Assembly: GCA_964016885.1 (NCBI GenBank)
Contig: OZ024743.1
Coordinates: 212,226,001-212,290,000 of the forward strand
Length of the DNA stretch: 64,000 bases
DNA from: Eledone cirrhosa
Taxonomy: Eukaryota
Reading direction: 5' to 3'
A program made the translations under genes and the position numbers. How positions within the stretch are numbered: position 1 is the stretch's first letter; the number at the start of each line of letters is the position of its first letter. Under the pieces are notes generated by a model that was not told the origin of the DNA, did no database searches, and saw only the letters and a program-made list of their open reading frames with translations. Of the stretch, positions 12,701 to 27,047 are shown one piece after another.

Positions 12701-15700
12701 TCGATCCGACCACGGACGGCCGGCCCGCGATTGAAAAGGTAACTCCGCCGGCAAATCGTCATTTTTGGATTCGTTTTCTTCGAAGCACACCATTCGCCGG
12801 CGGACTTTGTTGACGTTTAACACGGTTTGGTTCCACAGCCACAACTATTGATTTTAAGGAGATATCTTGCTGAAATTCACGCCACACATAGCCAATGAGT
12901 GTCTGCACATGTACCAGTAATTACAGATGGATCCCACCACGGGCGGCCGGCCCACAATCGAAAAGGTTACTCCGCCTGCAAATCGTCATTTTCGGATTCG
13001 TTTTCTTCGAAGCACACCATTCGCCGGCGGACTTCAGCTGCCTCATTTAGCATGAGCAGTTTTTCTTGAAGATCACACCACACACAGCCAATGAGTGTCT
13101 GCACATGTACCAGTAATTACAGATGGATCCCACCACGGGCGGCCGGCCCACAATCGAAAAGGTTACTCCGCCTGCAAATCGTCATTTTCGGATTCGTTTT
13201 CTTCGAAGCACACCATTCGCCGGCGGACTTCAGCTGCCTCATTTAGCATGAGCAGTTTTTCTTGAAGATCACACCACACATAGCCAATGAGTGTCTGCAC
13301 ATGTACCAGTAATTACAGATGGATCCCACCACGGGCGGCCGGCCCACAATCGAAAAGGTTACTCCGCCTGCAAATCGTCATTTTCGGATTCGTTTTCTTC
13401 GAAGCACACCATTCGCCGGCGGACTTCAGCTGCCTCATTTAGCATGGGCAGTTTTTCTTGAAGATCACACCACACACAGCCAATGAGTGTCTGCACATGT
13501 ACCAGTAATTACAGATGGATCCCACCACGGGCGGCCGGCCCACAATCGAAAAGGTTACTCCGCCTGCAAATCGTCATTTTCGGATTCGTTTTCTTCGAAG
13601 CACACCATTCGCCGGCGGACTTCAGCTGCCTCATTTAGCATGGGCAGTTTTTCTTGAAGATCACACCACACACAGCCAATGAGTGTCTGCACATGTACCA
13701 GTAATTAGAGATCGATCCGACCACGGGCGGCCGGCCCACGATCGAGAAAAAGGTAACTCCGCCGGCAAATCGTCATTTTTGTGATCCGTTTTCTTCGAAG
13801 CACACCATTCGCCGCCGGACTTCAGCTGCCTCATTTAGCATGGGCAGTTTTTTTTGAAAATCACACCACACACAACCAATGTGTGTCTGCACATGTACCA
13901 GTAATTACAGATCGATCGCACCACGGGCGGCCGGCTCACAATCGAAAAGGTTACTCCGCCTGCAAATCGTCATTTTCGGATTCGTTTTCTTCGAAGCACA
14001 CCATTCGCCGGCGGACTTCAGCTGCCTCATTTAGCATGAGCAGTTTTTCTTGAAGATCACACCACACACAGCCAATGAGTGTCTGCACATGTACCAGTAA
14101 TTACAGATGGATCCCCCCACGGGCGGCCGGCCCACAATCGAAAAGGTTACTCCGCCTGCAAATCGTCATTTTCGGATTCGTTTTCTTCGAAGCACACCAT
14201 TCGCCGCCGGACTTCAGCTGCCTCATTTAGCATGAGCAGTTTTTCTTGAAGATCACACCACACACAGCCAATGAGTGTCTGCACATGTACCAGTAATTAC
14301 AGATGGATCCCACCACGGGCGGCCGGCCCACAATCGAAAAGGTTACTCCGCCTGCAAATCGTCATTTTCGGATTCGTTTTCTTCGAAGCACACCATTCGC
14401 CGGCGGACTTCAGCTGCCTCATTTAGCATGGGCAGTTTTTCTTGAAGATCACACCACACACAGCCAATGAGTGTCTGCACATGTACCAGTAATTACAGAT
14501 GGATCCCACCACGGGCGGCCGGCCCACAATCGAAAAGGTTACTCCGCCTGCAAATCGTCATTTTCGGATTCGTTTTCTTCGAAGCACACCATTCGCCGGC
14601 GGACTTCAGCTGCCTCATTTAGCATGGGCAGTTTTTCTTGAAGATCACACCACACACAGCCAATGAGTGTCTGCACATGTACCAGTAATTAGAGATCGAT
14701 CCGACCACGGGCGGCCGGCCCACGATCGAGAAAAAGGTAACTCCGCCGGCAAATCGTCATTTTTGTGATCCGTTTTCTTCGAAGCACACCATTCGCCGCC
14801 GGACTTCAGCTGCCTCATTTAGCATGGGCAGTTTTTTTTGAAAATCACACCACACACAACCAATGTGTGTCTGCACATGTACCAGTAATTACAGATCGAT
14901 CCGACCACGGGCGGCCGGCCCGCGATTGAAAAGGTAACTCCGCCGGCAAATCGTCATTTTTGTGATTCGTTTTCTTCGAAGCACACCATTCGCCGCCGGA
15001 CTTCAGCTGCCTCATTTAGCATGGGCAGTTTTTTTTGAAAATCACACCACACACAACCAATGTGTGTCTGCACATGTACCAGTAATTACAGATCGATCCC
15101 ACCACGAGTTCAATGTAAACAAACTTACGCTCAACGACTTTGTTGACGTTTAACACGGTTTGGTTCCACAGCCACAACTATTGATTTTACGGAGATATCT
15201 TGCTGAAATTCACGCCACACATAGCCAATGAGTGTCTGCACATGTATCAGTAATTACAGATCGATCCGACCACGGACGGCCGGCCCGCGATTGAAAAGGT
15301 AACTCCGCCGGCAAATCGTCATTTTTGGATTCGTTTTCTTCGAAGCACACCATTCGCCGGCAGACTTTGTTGACGTTTAACACGGTTTGGTTCCACAGCC
15401 ACAACTATTGATTTTACGGAGATATCTTGCTGAAATTCACGCCACACATAGCCAATGAGTGTCTGCACATGTACCAGTAATTACAGATGGATCCCACCAC
15501 GGGCGGCCGGCCCACAATCGAAAAGGTTACTCCGCCTGCAAATCGTCATTTTCGGATTCGTTTTCTTCGAAGCACACCATTCGCCGGCGGACTTCAGCTG
15601 CCTCATTTAGCATGAGCAGTTTTTCTTGAAGATCACACCACACACAGCCAATGAGTGTCTGCACATGTACGAGTAATTACAGATGGATCCCACCACGGGC

Positions 15701-18700
15701 GGCCGGCCCACAATCGAAAAGGTTACTCCGCCTGCAAATCGTCATTTTCGGATTCGTTTTCTTCGAAGCACACCATTCGCCGGCGGACTTCAGCTGCCTC
15801 ATTTAGCATGAGCAGTTTTTCTTGAAGATCACACCACACACAGCCAATGAATGTCTGCACATGTACCAGTAATTACAGATGGATCCCACCACGGGCGGCC
15901 GGCCCACAATCGAAAAGGTTACTCCGCCTGCAAATCGTCATTTTCGGATTCGTTTTCTTCGAAGCACACCATTCGCCGCCGGACTTCAGCTGCCTCATTT
16001 AGCATGGGCAGTTTTTCTTGAAGATCACATCACACACAGCCAATGAGTGTCTGCACATGTACCAGTAATTACAGATGGATCCCACCACGGGCGGCCGGCC
16101 CACAATCGAAAAGGTTACTCCGCCTGCAAATCGTCATTTTCGGATTCGTTTTCTTCGAAGCACACCATTCGCCGGCGGACTTCAGCTGCCTCATTTAGCA
16201 TGAGCAGTTTTTCTTGAAGATCACACCACACACAGCCAATGAGTGTCTGCACATGTACCAGTAATTACAGATGGATCCCACCACGGGCGGCCGGCCCACA
16301 ATCGAAAAGGTTACTCCGCATGCAAATCGTCATTTTCGGATTCGTTTTCTTCGAAGCACACCATTCGCCGGCGGACTTCAGCTGCCTCATTTAGCATGGG
16401 CAGTTTTTCTTGAAGATCACACCACACACACCCAATGAGTGTCTGCACATGTACCAGTAATTAGAGATCGATCCGACCACGGGCGGCCGGCCCACGATCG
16501 AGAAAAAGGTAACTCCGCCGGCAAATCGTCATTTTTGTGATCCGTTTTCTTCGAAGCACACCATTCGCCGCCGGACTTCAGCTGCCTCATTTAGCATGGG
16601 CAGTTTTTTTTGAAAATCACACCACACACAACCAATGTGTGTCTGCACATGTACCAGTAATTACAGATCGATCCGACCACGGGCGGCCGGCCCGCGATTG
16701 AAAAGGTAACTCCGCCGGCAAATCGTCATTTTTGTGATTCGTTTTCTTCGAAGCACACCATTCGCCGCCGGACTTCAGCTGCCTCATTTAGCATGGGCAG
16801 TTTTTTTTGAAAATCACACCACACACAACCAATGTGTGTCTGCACATGTACCAGTAATTACAGATCGATCCCACCACGAGTTCAATGTAAACAAACTTAC
16901 GCTCAACGACTTTGTTGACGTTTAACACGGTTTGGTTCCACAGCCACAACTATTGATTTTACGGAGATATCTTGCTGAAATTCACGCCACACATAGCCAA
17001 TGAGTGTCTGCACATGTACCAGTAATTACAGATCGATCCGACCACGGACGGCCGGCCCGCGATTGAAAAGGTAACTCCGCCGGCAAATCGTCATTTTTGG
17101 ATTCGTTTTCTTCGAAGCACACCATTCGCCGGCGGACTTTGTTGACGTTTAACACGGTTTGGTTCCACAGCCACAACTATTGATTTTAAGGAGATATCTT
17201 GCTGAAATTCACGCCACACATAGCCAATGAGTGTCTGCACATGTACCATTAATTACAGATGGATCCCACCACGGGCGGCCGGCCCACAATCGAAACGGTT
17301 ACTCCGCCTGCAAATCGTCATTTTCGGATTCGTTTTCTTCGAAGCACACCATTCGCCGGCGGACTTCAGCTGCCTCATTTAGCATGAGCAGTTTTTCTTG
17401 AAGATCACACCACACACAGCCAATGAGTGTCTGCACATGTACCAGTAATTACAGATGGATCCCACCACGGGCGGCCGGCCCACAATCGAAAAGGTTACTC
17501 CGCCTGCAAATCGTCATTTTCGGATTCGTTTTCTTCGAAGCACACCATTCGCCGGCGGACTTCAGCTGCCTCATTTAGCATGAGCAGTTTTTCTTGAAGA
17601 TCACACCACACACAGCCAATGAGTGTCTGCACATGTACCAGTAATTACAGATGGATCCCACCACGGGCGTCCGGCCCACAATCGAAAAGGTTACTCCGCC
17701 TGCAAATCGTCATTTTCGGATTCGTTTTCTTCGAAGCACACCATTCGCCGGCGGACTTCAGCTGCCTCATTTAGCATGAGCAGTTTTTCTTGAGGATCAC
17801 ACCACACATAGCCAATGAGTGTCTGCACATGTACCAGTAATTAGAGATCGATCCGACCACGGGCGGCCGGCCCGCGATTGAAAAGGTAACTCCGCCGGCA
17901 AATCGTCATTTTTGTGATTCGTTTTCTTCGAAGCACACCATTCGCCGCCGGACTTCAGCTGCCTCATTTAGCATGGGCAGTTTTTTTTGAAAATCACACC
18001 ACACACAACCAATGTGTGTCTGCACATGTACCAGTAATTACAGATCGATCCCACCACGAGTTCAATGTAAACAAACTTACGCTCAACGACTTTGTTGACG
18101 TTTAACACGGTTTGGTTCCACAGCCACAACTATTGATTTTACGGAGATATCTTGCTGAAATTCACGCCACACATAGCCAATGAGAGTCTGCACATGTACC
18201 AGTAATTACAGATCGATCCGACCAGGGGCGGCCGGCCCGCGATTGAAAAGGTAACTCCGCCGGCAAATCGTCATTTTTGGATTCGTTTTCTTCGAAGCAC
18301 ACCATTCGCCGGCGGACTTCAGCTGCCTCATTTAGCATGAGCAGTTTTTCTTGAAGATCACACCACACACAGCCAATGAGTGTCTGCACATGTACGAGTA
18401 ATTACAGATGGATCCCACCACGGGCGGCCGGCCCACAATCGAAAAGGTTACTCCGCCTCCAAATCGTCATTTTCGGATTCGTTTTCTTCGAAGCACACCA
18501 TTCGCCGGCGGACTTCAGCTGCCTCATTTAGCATGGGCAGTTTTTCTTGAAGATCACACCACACACAGCCAATGAGTGTCTGCACATGTACCAGTAATTA
18601 CAGATGGATCCCACCACGGGCGGCCGGCCCACAATCGAAAAGGTTACTCCGCCTGCAAATCGTCATTTTCGGATTCGTTTTCTTCGAAGCACACCATTCG

Positions 18701-21700
18701 CCGGCGGACTTCAGCTGCCTCATTTAGCATGGGCAGTTTTTCTTGAAGATCACACCACACACAGCCAATGAGTGTCTGCACATGTACCAGTAATTAGAGA
18801 TCGATCCGACCACGGGCGGCCGGCCCACGATCGAGAAAAAGGTAACTCCGCCGGCAAATCGTCATTTTTGTGATCCGTTTTCTTCGAAGCACACCATTCG
18901 CCGCCGGACTTCAGCTGCCTCATTTAGCATGGGCAGTTTTTTTTGAAAATCACACCACACACAACCAATGTGTGTCTGCACATGTACCAGTAATTACAGA
19001 TCGATCGCACCACGGGCGGCCGGCTCACAATCGAAAAGGTTACTCCGCCTGCAAATCGTCATTTTCGGATTCGTTTTCTTCGAAGCACACCATTCGCCGG
19101 CGGACTTCAGCTGCCTCATTTAGCATGAGCAGTTTTTCTTGAAGATCACACCACACACAGCCAATGAGTGTCTGCACATGTACCAGTAATTACAGATGGA
19201 TCCCCCCACGGGCGGCCGGCCCACAATCGAAAAGGTTACTCCGCCTGCAAATCGTCATTTTCGGATTCGTTTTCTTCGAAGCACACCATTCGCCGGCGGA
19301 CTTCAGCTGCCTCATTTAGCATGAGCAGTTTTTCTTGAAGATCACACCACACACAGCCAATGAGTGTCTGCACATGTACCAGTAATTACAGATGGATCCC
19401 ACCACGGGCGGCCGGCCCACAATCGAAAAGGTTACTCCGCCTGCAAATCGTCATTTTCGGATTCGTTTTCTTCGAAGCACACCATTCGCCGGCGGACTTC
19501 AGCTGCCTCATTTAGCATGGGCAGTTTTTCTTGAAGATCACACCACACACAGCCAATGAGTGTCTGCACATGTACCAGTAATTACAGATGGATCCCACCA
19601 CGGGCGGCCGGCCCACAATCGAAAAGGTTACTCCGCCTGCAAATCGTCATTTTCGGATTCGTTTTCTTCGAAGCACACCATTCGCCGGCGGACTTCAGCT
19701 GCCTCATTTAGCATGGGCAGTTTTTCTTGAAGATCACACCACACACAGCCAATGAGTGTCTGCACATGTACCAGTAATTAGAGATCGATCCGACCACGGG
19801 CGGCCGGCCCACGATCGAGAAAAAGGTAACTCCGCCGGCAAATCGTCATTTTTGTGATCCGTTTTCTTCGAAGCACACCATTCGCCGCCGGACTTCAGCT
19901 GCCTCATTTAGCATGGGCAGTTTTTTTTGAAAATCACACCACACACAACCAATGTGTGTCTGCACATGTACCAGTAATTACAGATCGATCCGACCACGGG
20001 CGGCCGGCCCGCGATTGAAAAGGTAACTCCGCCGGCAAATCGTCATTTTTGTGATTCGTTTTCTTCGAAGCACACCATTCGCCGCCGGACTTCAGCTGCC
20101 TCATTTAGCATGGGCAGTTTTTTTTGAAAATCACACCACACACAACCAATGTGTGTCTGCACATGTACCAGTAATTACAGATCGATCCCACCACGAGTTC
20201 AATGTAAACAAACTTACGCTCAACGACTTTGTTGACGTTTAACACGGTTTGGTTCCACAGCCACAACTATTGATTTTACGGAGATATCTTGCTGAAATTC
20301 ACGCCACACATAGCCAATGAGTGTCTGCACATGTATCAGTAATTACAGATCGATCCGACCACGGACGGCCGGCCCGCGATTGAAAAGGTAACTCCGCCGG
20401 CAAATCGTCATTTTTGGATTCGTTTTCTTCGAAGCACACCATTCGCCGGCAGACTTTGTTGACGTTTAACACGGTTTGGTTCCACAGCCACAACTATTGA
20501 TTTTACGGAGATATCTTGCTGAAATTCACGCCACACATAGCCAATGAGTGTCTGCACATGTACCAGTAATTACAGATGGATCCCACCACGGGCGGCCGGC
20601 CCACAATCGAAAAGGTTACTCCGCCTGCAAATCGTCATTTTCGGATTCGTTTTCTTCGAAGCACACCATTCGCCGGCGGACTTCAGCTGCCTCATTTAGC
20701 ATGAGCAGTTTTTCTTGAAGATCACACCACACACAGCCAATGAGTGTCTGCACATGTACGAGTAATTACAGATGGATCCCACCACGGGCGGCCGGCCCAC
20801 AATCGAAAAGGTTACTCCGCCTGCAAATCGTCATTTTCGGATTCGTTTTCTTCGAAGCACACCATTCGCCGGCGGACTTCAGCTGCCTCATTTAGCATGA
20901 GCAGTTTTTCTTGAAGATCACACCACACACAGCCAATGAATGTCTGCACATGTACCAGTAATTACAGATGGATCCCACCACGGGCGGCCGGCCCACAATC
21001 GAAAAGGTTACTCCGCCTGCAAATCGTCATTTTCGGATTCGTTTTCTTCGAAGCACACCATTCGCCGCCGGACTTCAGCTGCCTCATTTAGCATGGGCAG
21101 TTTTTCTTGAAGATCACATCACACACAGCCAATGAGTGTCTGCACATGTACCAGTAATTACAGATGGATCCCACCACGGGCGGCCGGCCCACAATCGAAA
21201 AGGTTACTCCGCCTGCAAATCGTCATTTTCGGATTCGTTTTCTTCGAAGCACACCATTCGCCGGCGGACTTCAGCTGCCTCATTTAGCATGAGCAGTTTT
21301 TCTTGAAGATCACACCACACACAGCCAATGAGTGTCTGCACATGTACCAGTAATTACAGATGGATCCCACCACGGGCGGCCGGCCCACAATCGAAAAGGT
21401 TACTCCGCATGCAAATCGTCATTTTCGGATTCGTTTTCTTCGAAGCACACCATTCGCCGGCGGACTTCAGCTGCCTCATTTAGCATGGGCAGTTTTTCTT
21501 GAAGATCACACCACACACAGCCAATGAGTGTCTGCACATGTACCAGTAATTAGAGATCGATCCGACCACGGGCGGCCGGCCCACGATCGAGAAAAAGGTA
21601 ACTCCGCCGGCAAATCGTCATTTTTGTGATCCGTTTTCTTCGAAGCACACCATTCGCCGCCGGACTTCAGCTGCCTCATTTAGCATGGGCAGTTTTTTTT

Positions 21701-24700
21701 GAAAATCACACCACACACAACCAATGTGTGTCTGCACATGTACCAGTAATTACAGATCGATCCGACCATGGGCGGCCGGCCCGCGATTGAAAAGGTAACT
21801 CCGCCGGCAAATCGTCATTTTTGTGATTCGTTTTCTTCGAAGCACACCATTCGCCGCCGGACTTCAGCTGCCTCATTTAGCATGGGCAGTTTTTTTTGAA
21901 AATCACACCACACACAACCAATGTGTGTCTGCACATGTACCAGTAATTACAGATCGATCCCACCACGAGTTCAATGTAAACAAACTTACGCTCAACGACT
22001 TTGTTGACGTTTAACACGGTTTGGTTCCACAGCCACAACTATTGATTTTACGGAGATATCTTGCTGAAATTCACGCCACACATAGCCAATGAGAGTCTGC
22101 ACATGTACCAGTAATTACAGATCGATCCGACCAGGGGCGGCCGGCCCGCGATTGAAAAGGTAACTCCGCCGGCAAATCGTCATTTTTGGATTCGTTTTCT
22201 TCGAAGCACACCATTCGCCGGCGGACTTTGTTGACGTTTAACACGGTTTGGTTCCACAGCCACAACTATTGATTTTACGGAGATATCTTGCTGAAATTCA
22301 CGCCACACATAGCCAATGAGTGTCTGCACATGTAGCAGTAATTACAGATCGATCCGACCACGGATGGCCGGCCCGCGATTGAAAAGGTAACTCCGCCGGC
22401 AAATCGTCATTTTTGGATTCGTTTTCTTCGAAGCACACCATTCGCCGGCGTACTTTGTTGACGTTTAACACGGTTTGGTTCCACAGCCACAACTATTGAT
22501 TTTAAGGAGATATCTTGCTGAAGTTCACGCCACTCATAGCCAATGAGTGTCTGCACATGTACCAGTAATTACAGATGGATCCCACCACGGGCGGCCGGCC
22601 CACAATCGAAAAGGTTACTCCGCCTGCAAATCGTCATTTTCGGATTCGTTTTCTTCGAAGCACACCATTCGCCGGCGGACTTCAGCTGCCTCATTTAGCA
22701 TGAGCAGTTTTTCTTGAAGATCACACCACACACAGCCAATGAGTGTCTGCACATGTACCAGTAATTACAGATGGATCCCACCACGGGCGGCCGGCCCACA
22801 ATCGAAAAGGTTACTCCGCCTGCAAATCGTCATTTTCGGATTCGTTTTCTTCGAAGCACACCATTCGCCGGCGGACTTCAGCTGCCTCATTTAGCATGGG
22901 CAGTTTTTCTTGAAGATCACACCACACACACCCAATGAGTGTCTGCATATGTACCAGTAATTAGAGATCGATCCGACCACGGGCGGCCGGCCCGCGATTG
23001 AAAAGGTAACTCCGCCGGCAAATCGTCATTTTTGTGATTCGTTTTCTTCGAAGCACACCATTCGCCGCCGGACTTCAGCTGCCTCATTTAGCATGGGCAG
23101 TTTTTTTTGAAAATCACACCACACACAACCAATGTGTGTCTGCACATGTACCAGTAATTACAGATCGATCCCACCACGAGTTCAATGTAAACAAACTTAC
23201 GCTCAACGACTTTGTTGACGTTTAACACGGTTTGGTTCCACAGCCACAACTATTGATTTTACGGAGATATCTTGCTGAAATTCACGCCACACATAGCCAA
23301 TGAGTGTCTGCACATCTACCAGTAATTACAGATGGATCCCACCACGGGCGGCCGGCCCACAATCGAAAAGGTTACTCCGCCTGCAAATCGTCATTTTCGG
23401 ATTCGTTTTCTTCGAAGCACACCATTCGCCGGCGGACTTCAGCTGCCTCATTTAGCATGAGCAGTTTTTCTTGAAGATCACACCACACACAGCCAATGAG
23501 TGTCTGCACATGTACGAGTAATTACAGATGGATCCCACCACGGGCGGCCGGCCCACAATCGAAAAGGTTACTCCGCCTGCAAATCGTCATTTTCGGATTC
23601 GTTTTCTTCGAAGCACACCATTCGCCGGCGGACTTCAGCTGCCTCATTTAGCATGAGCAGTTTTTCTTGAAGATCACACCACACACAGCCAATGAATGTC
23701 TGCACATGTACCAGTAATTACAGATGGATCCCACCACGGGCGGCCGGCCCACAATCGAAAAGGTTACTCCGCCTGCAAATCGTCATTTTCGGATTCGTTT
23801 TCTTCGAAGCACACCATTCGCCGGCGGACTTCAGCTGCCTCATTTAGCATGGGCAGTTTTTCTTGAAGATCACATCACACACAGCCAATGAGTGTCTGCA
23901 CATGTACCAGTAATTACAGATGGATCCCACCACGGGCGGCCGGCCCACAATCGAAAAGGTTACTCCGCCTGCAAATCGTCATTTTCGGATTCGTTTTCTT
24001 CGAAGCACACCATTCGCCGGCGGACTTCAGCTGCCTCATTTAGCATGGGCAGTTTTTCTTGAAGATCACACCACACACAGCCAATGAGTGTCTGCACATG
24101 TACCAGTAATTAGAGATCGATCCGACCACGGGCGGCCGGCCCACAATCGAAAAGGTTACTCCGCCTGCAAATCGTCATTTTCGGATTCGTTTTCTTCGAA
24201 GCACACCATTCGCCGGCGGACTTCAGCTGCCTCATTTAGCATGGGCAGTTTTTCTTGAAGATCACACCACACACAGCCAATGAGTGTCTGCACATGTACC
24301 AGTAATTAGAGATCGATCCGACCACGGGCGGCCGGCCCACGATCGAGAAAAAGGTAACTCCGCCGGCAAATCGTCATTTTTGTGATCCGTTTTCTTCGAA
24401 GCACACCATTCGCCGCCGGACTTCAGCTGCCTCATTTAGCATGGGCAGTTTTTTTTGAAAATCACACCACACACAACCAATGTGTGTCTGCACATGTACC
24501 AGTAATTACAGATCGATCCCACCACGAGTTCAATGTAAACAAACTTACGCTCAACGACTTTGTTGACGTTTAACACGGTTTGGTTCCACAGCCACAACTA
24601 TTGATTTTACGGAGATATCTTGCTGAAATTCACGCCACACATAGCCAATGAGTGTCTGCACATGTACCAGTAATTACAGATCGATCCGACCACGGACGGC

Positions 24701-27047
24701 CGGCCCGCGATTGAAAAGGTAACTCCGCCGGCAAATCGTCATTTTTGGATTCGTTTTCTTCGAAGCACACCATTCGCCGGCGGACTTTGTTGACGTTTAA
24801 CACGGTTTGGTTCCACAGCCACAACTATTGATTTTAAGGAGATATCTTGCTGAAATTCACGCCACACATAGCCAATGAGTGTCTGCACATGTACCATTAA
24901 TTACAGATGGATCCCACCACGGGCGGCCGGCCCACAATCGAAACGGTTACTCCGCCTGCAAATCGTCATTTTCGGATTCGTTTTCTTCGAAGCACACCAT
25001 TCGCCGGCGGACTTCAGCTGCCTCATTTAGCATGAGCAGTTTTTCTTGAAGATCACACCACACACAGCCAATGAGTGTCTGCACATGTACCAGTAATTAC
25101 AGATGGATCCCACCACGGGCGGCCGGCCCACAATCGAAAAGGTTACTCCGCCTGCAAATCGTCATTTTCGGATTCGTTTTCTTCGAAGCACACCATTCGC
25201 CGGCGGACTTCAGCTGCCTCATTTAGCATGAGCAGTTTTTCTTGAAGATCACACCACACACAGCCAATGAGTGTCTGCACATGTACCAGTAATTACAGAT
25301 GGATCCCACCACGGGCGTCCGGCCCACAATCGAAAAGGTTACTCCGCCTGCAAATCGTCATTTTCGGATTCGTTTTCTTCGAAGCACACCATTCGCCGGC
25401 GGACTTCATCTGCCTCATTTAGCATGAGCAGTTTTTCTTGAAGATCACACCACACATAGCCAATGAGTGTCTGCACATGTACCAGTAATTAGAGATCGAT
25501 CCGACCACGGGCGGCCGGCCCGCGATTGAAAAGGTAACTCCGCCGGCAAATCGTCATTTTTGTGATTCGTTTTCTTCGAAGCACACCATTCGCCGCCGGA
25601 CTTCAGCTGCCTCATTTAGCATGGGCAGTTTTTTTTGAAAATCACACCACACACAACCAATGTGTGTCTGCACATGTACCAGTAATTACAGATCGATCCC
25701 ACCACGAGTTCAATGTAAACAAACTTACGCTCAACGACTTTGTTGACGTTTAACACGGTTTGGTTCCACAGCCACAACTATTGATTTTACGGAGATATCT
25801 TGCTGAAATTCACGCCACACATAGCCAATGAGAGTCTGCACATGTACCAGTAATTACAGATCGATCCGACCAGGGGCGGCCGGCCCGCGATTGAAAAGGT
25901 AACTCCGCCGGCAAATCGTCATTTTTGGATTCGTTTTCTTCGAAGCACACCATTCGCCGGCGGACTTTGTTGACGTTTAACACGGTTTGGTTCCACAGCC
26001 ACAACTATTGATTTTACGGAGATATCTTGCTGAAATTCACGCCACACATAGCCAATGAGTATCTGCACATGTAGCAGTAATGACAGATCGATCCGACCAC
26101 GGATGGCCGGCCCGCGATTGAAAAGGTAACTCCGCCGGCAAATCGTCATTTTTGGATTCGTTTTCTTCGAAGCACACCATTCGCCGGCGGACTTTGTTGA
26201 CGTTTAACACGGTTTGGTTCCACAGCCACAACTATTGATTTTAAGGAGATATCTTGCTGAAATTCACGCCACACATAGCCAATGAGTGTCTGCACATGTA
26301 CCATTAATTACAGATGGATCCCACCACGGGCGGCCGGCCCACAATCGAAACGGTTACTCCGCCTGCAAATCGTCATTTTCGGATTCGTTTTCTTCGAAGC
26401 ACACCATTCGCCGGCGGACTTCAGCTGCCTCATTTAGCATGAGCAGTTTTTCTTGAAGATCACACCACACACAGCCAATGAGTGTCTGCACATGTACCAG
26501 TAATTACAGATGGATCCCACCACGGGCGGCCGGCCCACAATCGAAAAGGTTACTCCGCCTGCAAATCGTCATTTTCGGATTCGTTTTCTTCGAAGCACAC
26601 CATTCGCCGGCGGACTTCAGCTGCCTCATTTAGCATGGGCAGTTTTTCTTGAAGATCACACCACACACACCCAATGAGTGTCTGCACATGTACCAGTAAT
26701 TAGAGATCGATCCGACCACGGGCGGCCGGCCCACGATCGAGAAAAAGGTAACTCCGCCGGCAAATCGTCATTTTTGTGATCCGTTTTCTTCGAAGCACAC
26801 CATTCGCCGCCGGACTTCAGCTGCCTCATTTAGCATGGGCAGTTTTTTTTGAAAATCACACCACACACAACCAATGTGTGTCTGCACATGTACCAGTAAT
26901 TACAGATCGATCCGACCACGGGCGGCCGGCCCGCGATTGAAAAGGTAACTCCGCCGGCAAATCGTCATTTTTGTGATTCGTTTTCTTCGAAGCACACCAT
27001 TCGCCGCCGGACTTCAGCTGCCTCATTTAGCATGGGCAGTTTTTTTT

